From the NCBI GenBank assembly GCA_041665465.1, contig JBAYIU010000001.1, positions 985,332 through 1,049,331 on the forward strand: a stretch of DNA of 64,000 bases, in the 5' to 3' direction. Below the pieces are notes generated by a model, which was given only the letters and a program-made list of their open reading frames with translations, was not told where the DNA came from and searched no databases. The position numbers and the translations under genes were made by a program. The stretch is from Candidatus Woesearchaeota archaeon. Its GTDB lineage: Archaea > Nanobdellota > Nanobdellia > Woesearchaeales > GW2011-AR9. Below are positions 58,177 through 64,000 of this stretch, one piece after another; position 1 is the stretch's first letter; each line of letters begins with the position of its first letter.

Positions 58177-59262
58177 ATGAATAAGAAATCTCTTTCCTCC
58201 TTGGAAATAACTGCAATTGTACAAGAACTGCAATTCTTAGTAAGAGGTAAGATCTCTCAAATATATCATCAAGACCCGGAATTAGTGCTACAGTTGCATG
58301 CAGTAGGTAAAGGAAAACAGTTACTTAAAATTCTTCCCGGGAAACTTCTCTGTCTTACTACTGAAAAGAACGCTCCAGATAAACCGAGCGGGTTCTGTTT
58401 ACAATTAAGAAAATACTTAGACGGAGCGATAATCCAATCCTTCTACCAGAAAGATACCGAAAGGATTGTGGTGTTTGATCTCGAATGTCATAAAGAAAAA
58501 TACTTCTTAATCATAGAACTTTATTCTAAAGGAAATATTGTACTTACTGATAAAGATCAAGTAGCAATTGCAGTGTTAGAATCACAAGTTTGGAAAGATC
58601 GTACGGTCAAGCCTAGAGAGAAGTATATTTTTCCGGTTTCAGAGATAAATTACAAGAACATCACTAAAGATAAACTTAAAGAGATATTAAACAAGAGTGA
58701 GAAAAAGAACTTAGCTACGGCATTAGCGATGGAGATTGGGTTGGGAGGAGTATACGCAGAAGAAGTATGCGCTTTAGTTGGAGTTGATAAGAATAAATTA
58801 CCTAAAGATGCAGAAGAAAAAGAAATCTCTGCGATTTACAAAACCATAAAAGAACTTCTAGGAAAGATCTCTGAAACTAAAGGTTATATCTACCTAGATG
58901 AGATTTCTCCTTTTCCCTTGCAAGGAAAACAGCCGGTTAAAATCACTTCTACTTACAATGAGGCCATCGATACCCTAAATCCGTTTACCAAAGCTTCTCC
59001 TTATGAAAAGAAAATTAAATCTATTGAAGCAATCCTTTCTCAGCAGCAAGAAACTATCAAAAGTATGGAAGAACAAATCGAACTGAATAAAAGAAAAGGA
59101 GAATTGGTTTATGAGAACTATACTCAGTTACAGAAGCTGTTGGAGATTGTAAAAGAGATGCGTAAAAGTAAAGAGTGGAAAGAAGTTGAAACAGAACTTA
59201 AAAAGATCAAAAAGATTTCTAAGGTTGACTTGAAAAATAAGAAGATAATTATCGATCTATGA
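58177..59262 (+). CDS. Rqc2/RqcH (NFACT) family protein, N-terminal part only
   Basis: PSGF...LRKYL.G, Q...ERIV, LIIEL..KGNI.L, R...P...Y..P, GG.YAEE, coiled coil; no NFACT-R domain. Confidence 0.85.
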   Translation: MNKKSLSSLEITAIVQELQFLVRGKISQIYHQDPELVLQLHAVGKGKQLLKILPGKLLCLTTEKNAPDKPSGFCLQLRKYLDGAIIQSFYQKDTERIVVFDLECHKEKYFLIIELYSKGNIVLTDKDQVAIAVLESQVWKDRTVKPREKYIFPVSEINYKNITKDKLKEILNKSEKKNLATALAMEIGLGGVYAEEVCALVGVDKNKLPKDAEEKEISAIYKTIKELLGKISETKGYIYLDEISPFPLQGKQPVKITSTYNEAIDTLNPFTKASPYEKKIKSIEAILSQQQETIKSMEEQIELNKRKGELVYENYTQLQKLLEIVKEMRKSKEWKEVETELKKIKKISKVDLKNKKIIIDL

Positions 59263-59321
59263 TTTTGAATGATCCATTTTACTCCCTAAATCTTTTAAAA
59301 TAGGCCCTTCTGGAAGAGAGT

Positions 59322-60140
59322 ATGGGAATAGAAGATACTTTAACTACGATTGATTCACTAGTCACTAAATCAGAACAAGGGGTTTTTGTGGAGAGAGAGT
59401 TATTTCCTTATGTCTTCGAATTGATTAAGGATCCTTCTTCCCTTCCTGAAGATAAACTCTCTGTGGCTGAGGATCTTTTCCATCGGATTGCGGCGATGGA
59501 CAAGTCTACTTATCATGGGTGTGGTTTTTATCATAAACTTAGAGAATCTTTCCTTCCTTTTGTTCATCAAGTCTTTGAAAGAGCAGTTTATACTGAACCT
59601 TACTACAATTGCCAGCCAGAAGTTCTTTTTGGATATTTAGTTACTAATGCCAAAAAGAATGGATATGGGGATGAGGAAATGTTCGGTTTTCTTAATTCTC
59701 GTAGTGGGGACATAATAAAATACTCCGGGAAACCATTAGATTTAGCTCTTTTACCTAAAGAAGATTCAAGTAATATTAAGATGGCCTTGACTAATTTTTT
59801 AGATGATGGGGGACATCATGCCACTTGGTCAGGGTTAGTAGCTTCCATAATTTTCCCTTTTCCAGAAGTTCAATCTAAGATCGTGGATAATTTGAGGGTA
59901 AAGATGAGGGAGATCGAGGAAGTGATGGGTGCTCCACAACAGCAAGATGATAATTGGCATATCTTTGGGAATCCATCAATGATGGCCAAAACTTTATATT
60001 GTATTAAAAGAGAAGAGGGATATAAACAAATGGGGGCACTTCTGAGTAGCTGTTATACCTATAGAAATCATTTAGAAAGATGGAATCAAGCTCAAGGTAA
60101 AGTTAGAGAGTTAGCAGCAAGTCTCTTAGAACAGCAATAA
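59322..60140 (+). CDS. Hypothetical protein
   Basis: 272-aa ORF, no motif. Confidence 0.6.
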   Translation: MGIEDTLTTIDSLVTKSEQGVFVERELFPYVFELIKDPSSLPEDKLSVAEDLFHRIAAMDKSTYHGCGFYHKLRESFLPFVHQVFERAVYTEPYYNCQPEVLFGYLVTNAKKNGYGDEEMFGFLNSRSGDIIKYSGKPLDLALLPKEDSSNIKMALTNFLDDGGHHATWSGLVASIIFPFPEVQSKIVDNLRVKMREIEEVMGAPQQQDDNWHIFGNPSMMAKTLYCIKREEGYKQMGALLSSCYTYRNHLERWNQAQGKVRELAASLLEQQ

Positions 60141-60162
60141 AAATTATAAAAAATAAAAAGAA

Positions 60163-60435
60163 TTATCTTTTCTTTCTCTTCTTAACCGGAGCTTTCACAC
60201 TAACATTCTTAACTTCAGAAGATCCGATAGTCTTTGGTTTGAACCATAAGAGATAAATTATGGGTAATACTCCTACTGTGTTAATAATCAAGATAGCAAT
60301 AAACCATCCTTTTTGTTGATATTTTCCAGCATACCATAATCCTAATCCTTTCCAAATCAAATCCCAGACCATAAATAAGAAGAATATTGACATCATCCAC
60401 ATGGTTGGTTGATACATCGCATTAACATCTATCAT
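60163..60435 (-). CDS. DUF5652-like membrane protein
   Basis: W...WKG..LW.A....QKGWF......NT.G.LPIIY. Confidence 0.8.
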   Translation of the reverse strand: MIDVNAMYQPTMWMMSIFFLFMVWDLIWKGLGLWYAGKYQQKGWFIAILIINTVGVLPIIYLLWFKPKTIGSSEVKNVSVKAPVKKRKKR

Positions 60436-60507
60436 TTTATAACTCCTCCGTTTTAATGTAAAAAAAGAAAATTAAAGAATATATAAAAGTTGTGTTAAGT
60501 AGAACGA

Positions 60508-61368
60508 TTATTTCAGTTTAGTCTTACTAATCTTATCAAGATCTTCTAAAATGTCTGAAGCGATAAAAGTATATCCTTTTTTCTTCTTCAACAACTGATC
60601 TCCTACCCAACCGTTAATGTAAGACGCAGCAACTGCACTCTTAAACTGGTCTTTTGTTTTTGCTAGGAACCCAGCAACTAAACCTGCCAATAGATCTCCA
60701 GTTCCTGCTTTAGTCATACCTTGGTTTCCGGTGCGATTATAAGCAATCTTGTTTCTAGAGATAATAATATCTGTTGGTCCTTTAATTAACAATACATTAT
60801 TGTTCTGCAAAAAGTAACGTAAGTTTCCTTGCAAGATCTCTGCCTTCTCTTTAGCATTAGATTCTCTTAGTTTAGGAAGTAAAAATTCTTTCCCACTATT
60901 AGTTAGCATGATCTCTAACTCGGTTTCGTGGGGAGTAAGAATGGCGTTGTGGAAATCTTTGAAGGATAATGATTTCAATGCATCGGCATCGATAACTTTC
61001 ATCTTAGGAGATTTCTTAATCAAATACTGGCAGAATTTGTCTGCTTTTTTGGTTACTCCATTTCCAATAAGTACTGCATCAAAATGTTCTGCAAACTTAA
61101 CCATCTCTTTAGCATTTTTAATATTAAAATAACTCCCTTTAACTTTATGGGTGATTAAATCGGGAGACATCCTGTTGATGGTCCAGGCCACTTTCTCCGG
61201 GGCAGCAATAGTCACAGAATCGCAGCCCGATCTTAGTGCTGCTAAACCCGCCAAAGCTACTGCTCCAACGTAATCTTCAGATCCGCCGATAATTAAAGCA
61301 TAACCGTTTTCCCCTTTATGAGAGGTTTTTTTGCGGTCCATCAATTTTTTAATTTGGTTTATGTTCAT
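60508..61368 (-). CDS. nnrD: ADP-dependent NAD(P)HX dehydratase
   Basis: SHKG.NG...IIGGS..Y.GA, VIDADAL, LTPH..E, KG..D, G.GD.LAG. Confidence 0.93.
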   Translation of the reverse strand: MNINQIKKLMDRKKTSHKGENGYALIIGGSEDYVGAVALAGLAALRSGCDSVTIAAPEKVAWTINRMSPDLITHKVKGSYFNIKNAKEMVKFAEHFDAVLIGNGVTKKADKFCQYLIKKSPKMKVIDADALKSLSFKDFHNAILTPHETELEIMLTNSGKEFLLPKLRESNAKEKAEILQGNLRYFLQNNNVLLIKGPTDIIISRNKIAYNRTGNQGMTKAGTGDLLAGLVAGFLAKTKDQFKSAVAASYINGWVGDQLLKKKKGYTFIASDILEDLDKISKTKLK

Positions 61369-61577
61369 CTTAGCGTAAGTCCCTTTTCGAGGAAGACTAT
61401 TTTTTCCATTTATAATAGTTTGTTGTAATTGTGTAGTAAGAAATGTTAAAAATGGTACTTATTTATAAAGGTAACGTTTTTTGGAAAGTTGGTTTATAAA
61501 GAGGAGCTTATTTACTAGTTGTAAAGGGCGTGTTTTTGAAGAAAACCTTTTTAAATAGTCTTAATTCTGACTAAAAT

Positions 61578-62285
61578 ATGATTTATACCCTTCAAATATC
61601 TCAGGAATTGCCGGGAGTAGATTTTAAAGAAGTAACCGTAATTTCTGATGATAAGCTTTCGGGGATATTGAGAAGATCAGCTGTTGATGCTGATTTTCGT
61701 TCGGTTTACATTGAAAAGTTAACCCAAGGAAGTTTAGCTGAAGAGAACCAGTTTTTAGAAGAATTGGTTGGCAGGTATGGGGTTAACCTGATCTCTTGCG
61801 ATCCTCGTGGATATACCCTTTTTAGAGTTAAAGAACAAAAGAGACCGGGAAGAGATTTTCCCGGTGTGGGAGTAGGAGTAATCGTTCTTAACGAGAAAGG
61901 GGAACTGGCCATGCTTCGACGTAAGAATACCAATAACCGAGCTGGAAAGTGGGAAGTTCCTGGCGGAACAGTAGAATTAGGCCAAGGGACTTATGAATGT
62001 GGAGAAATTGAAACTTGGCAAGAAACTACTATGAAAGTCAAGGTTAAAGGTTGTGTGGGCGTTTATGAAGATATGGTTGAAGGACAGCATTGGTATTCTT
62101 TTGGGTTAGTGGCAGAACATCTAGAAGGTACACTCCAAATTGGAGAAGTTACTAAATTCGACGCTTGCGGTTATTTTTCTTTAGATCATCTTCCTGTGAA
62201 TACTTCTCTTCTGACGCTAAAATTATTAGATGATTATACTCGCGCGGGAGATAAATATCTTCCTTTGGATAGGATTTCTGAATAG
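61578..62285 (+). CDS. Nudix hydrolase with N-terminal extension
   Basis: PGVGVG, W.VPGG.VE.G........E..QET Nudix box variant. Confidence 0.85.
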   Translation: MIYTLQISQELPGVDFKEVTVISDDKLSGILRRSAVDADFRSVYIEKLTQGSLAEENQFLEELVGRYGVNLISCDPRGYTLFRVKEQKRPGRDFPGVGVGVIVLNEKGELAMLRRKNTNNRAGKWEVPGGTVELGQGTYECGEIETWQETTMKVKVKGCVGVYEDMVEGQHWYSFGLVAEHLEGTLQIGEVTKFDACGYFSLDHLPVNTSLLTLKLLDDYTRAGDKYLPLDRISE

Positions 62286-62327
62286 ATTAAGAAACTTTTT
62301 TAAATGCCTTTGATAATCGGAGAGTGT

Positions 62328-62547
62328 GGCCCCATAGCTTACCCTGGCAAACTTTTTTCAAAAGTTTGATCAAAAGGAAGGCGGGCATAAAGCCCACCAC
62401 TTTGGAACTAAATTTGAAGAAGTTTGGGGAACTGGAGCGCTGCTCTTATACGGGCGTGTTTCATACAAAACGCAACTCAAGTTAAGCAGAGGTTCCGGGT
62501 TCAAAAGCAAGCAATTTAATTGTTTGCAGAAAGTCCCGGTGGGGCCA
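62328..62547 (+). tRNA. tRNA-Ile(TAT) with three introns (62348-62431 D-loop, 62451-62483 at 37/38, 62506-62533 at 59/60)
   Basis: GGCCCCA/TGGGGCC+A73, CTGCT-CT TAT A^A-AGCAG, CCGGG-TTCAAA^T-CCCGG; 75-nt mature; BHB-like motif at each intron; upstream TTTAAA. Confidence 0.88.
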
Positions 62548-62556
62548 CTTTTATTA

Positions 62557-63144
62557 TTATGATTTTGCGTCGTACATTACGATTACTCTAAATCCTTCTG
62601 AAAATCTTTCGAATCCTACTTTAACGCAACTATCATAATATACGACTGGTAAGCCTTTACTTCTTTCCATCTTTGACAATTCTTCTTTTTTTGGAATAGT
62701 TATCTTTGTAAAATCAATTCCCTCTCCGGGGTCTTCAACTATTGCAGCAAGAGCGTTCTTTCCTCGATGAAGAGCTACTTTAACTGGCCCTTTGTTGCCA
62801 TAATCTGAACCATGTTCTATGGCATTCATTATTGCTTCAATAACTCGATTAAACGTGCCAAAGAGTTCAGATTCCATTTGATAATAACTTATGTTTTTAA
62901 TAAGTAGTTCCGATCTTAAGATTCCTTGATGGTAAAAAGCGGATTGCAGTTTCCATCCCGCTCTTTTTCTTTCTCTGGAAGAATATCCCTCTCTTGATTC
63001 AATTTCTCTTCCTTCTTTAAGTGCAAGGACTACGGGATTATCTTTATCTAAAATATATTCCTCTAGATTTGCAATCTCTGGATCGATTAATGGTTCGCCC
63101 ATTCTTTGCAATGCTGTTTCTAAAGTTAAAGTTGAATCAAACAT
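62557..63144 (-). CDS. HATPase_c (RsbW-like) domain protein
   Basis: EAIMNAIEHG (N box), VEDPGEG (G1), RSKGL (G2-like). Confidence 0.75.
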   Translation of the reverse strand: MFDSTLTLETALQRMGEPLIDPEIANLEEYILDKDNPVVLALKEGREIESREGYSSRERKRAGWKLQSAFYHQGILRSELLIKNISYYQMESELFGTFNRVIEAIMNAIEHGSDYGNKGPVKVALHRGKNALAAIVEDPGEGIDFTKITIPKKEELSKMERSKGLPVVYYDSCVKVGFERFSEGFRVIVMYDAKS

Positions 63145-63146
63145 AT

Positions 63147-63794
63147 TTATCTCCTCAACTCCAGTATTGTATTGTAAGAATATCTGGGAAGGAGCAAACC
63201 CTCTTGTAAAAGAGATCTCTTTTCCGCTAATCCCGACTCCAGTTGCTCTGAAGTTAATCCGGTGCGATAAGCATCATCGGTCAATTCGATGCGTCTAGTT
63301 TCATTAATTCGTTCGTTTTTTTCTAACTTGTCGGAGATATTATCATAACCACTAATCGCAATAATCCCTTTTTCTGTTATAGCATTACTATAGTTTTCTA
63401 AAGTCCGATCTACGGCATCATTTTTAATCCATACCTGTAAAGTACCATGGTCCCAAATTAACCCGTATTCTTTCTCTGGAAGAGGGTATTTGGTAATATC
63501 CCCAATGATAAAGTTAATGGTTCCAAGAGGAACTCTAGAAGCAAGTAAATGGAAGTAATTTCTAACTTTAAACCAGCAATGAGATCCTCCTTCCGGCGCT
63601 TTATAGTCCTGTTCAAAGACATCTAATCTACCTTTTCTTCCGGCTAGTCTTTCAGCGAACCAGATGGCAGCACGATCCATAGGTGGAGCACAAAGGTCAT
63701 AATTTAAACCAGCACGATGGTCTGCTCCCGGTCCTACTACGAGAATGGGTTGGTCGAAATCTACAACTTGTTCTAAGTAATCTGAAGTTATCAT
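63147..63794 (-). CDS. SAM-methyltransferase-fold hypothetical protein
   Basis: ILVVGPG, FIIGDI, Y.LIWDHGTL, ..G.I. Confidence 0.6.
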   Translation of the reverse strand: MITSDYLEQVVDFDQPILVVGPGADHRAGLNYDLCAPPMDRAAIWFAERLAGRKGRLDVFEQDYKAPEGGSHCWFKVRNYFHLLASRVPLGTINFIIGDITKYPLPEKEYGLIWDHGTLQVWIKNDAVDRTLENYSNAITEKGIIAISGYDNISDKLEKNERINETRRIELTDDAYRTGLTSEQLESGLAEKRSLLQEGLLLPRYSYNTILELRR

Positions 63795-63866
63795 AGTTAA
63801 TAGACACCCAAGAACCACTTATTAGGGTGTAAAAATAAAGTCTATTTTAATTAGTTTTCGGTAGAA

Positions 63867-64000
63867 TTAATGTTTAATCTTTTCTGAAGAAACATCCCAC
63901 AAAATCTTGAAATAAGTCTTAAAACTCTCGGCTACATTCTTGTTATGAATAACAATAGACATAGGAGTTTCATGTTTCATGGCAATAGCAATAGTGTCTC
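63867..64000 (-). CDS. C-terminal end of a probable TrmB-family regulator (partial)
   Basis: ...DTIAIAMKHETPMSIVIHNKNVAESFKTYFKILWDVSSEKIKH* matches the I.N..VA.SF..YF..LW ending of TrmB-like effector domains. Confidence 0.65.
   Translation of the reverse strand, partial: DTIAIAMKHETPMSIVIHNKNVAESFKTYFKILWDVSSEKIKH

Noticed and set aside
62445..62470. Reading the 62328 tRNA as a TTA suppressor, or as a CAT tRNA using the TCATA in the intron
   Set aside because: The 5-bp stem CTGCT/AGCAG and BHB geometry fix the loop as CT-TAT-AA; the intronic CAT has no proper anticodon stem
1..64000. CRISPR array, transposase, integrase, DGR reverse transcriptase or template repeat
   Set aside because: No regularly spaced repeats, recombinase/DDE motifs, RT [YF]xDD protein or second copy of the VR was seen by eye in this window

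Overview
AT-rich archaeal chromosomal segment. It is most consistent with a DPANN archaeon of the Woesearchaeota type (inference from gene content: rpS8e, family-B polymerase with PIP box, topoisomerase VI, CarS, Dph2, tandem Lrp regulators, TATA-box promoters, many orphan ORFs). Housekeeping genes include trpS, polB, rnhB plus an RNase HIII-like gene, rad50, top6AB, an nrdR-nrdJ-cobO operon, a tandem thymidine kinase and a short Rqc2/NFACT gene. Main observations: (1) a probable remote target gene of a diversity-generating retroelement (39868-40710), with a GC-rich variable-region-like segment and a GAA-loop hairpin but no RT/TR in the window; (2) five tRNA genes, all interrupted, with ten BHB-type introns in the D-loop, at 37/38 and at 59/60, including a rare tRNA-Ile(UAU) with three introns; (3) a bacterial-type pair of NrdR boxes 31 bp apart abutting an archaeal TATA box, and a CobO with a C...CxxCxxC insertion; (4) an unexplained ~120-nt rod-like structured element at 15006-15124; (5) several apparent pseudo-enzymes or truncated enzymes (two HIT proteins before polB, the N-terminal TK half, short Dph2). 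No CRISPR array, rRNA, transposase or integrase was recognised. All calls come from reading motifs by eye; no database searches were run.
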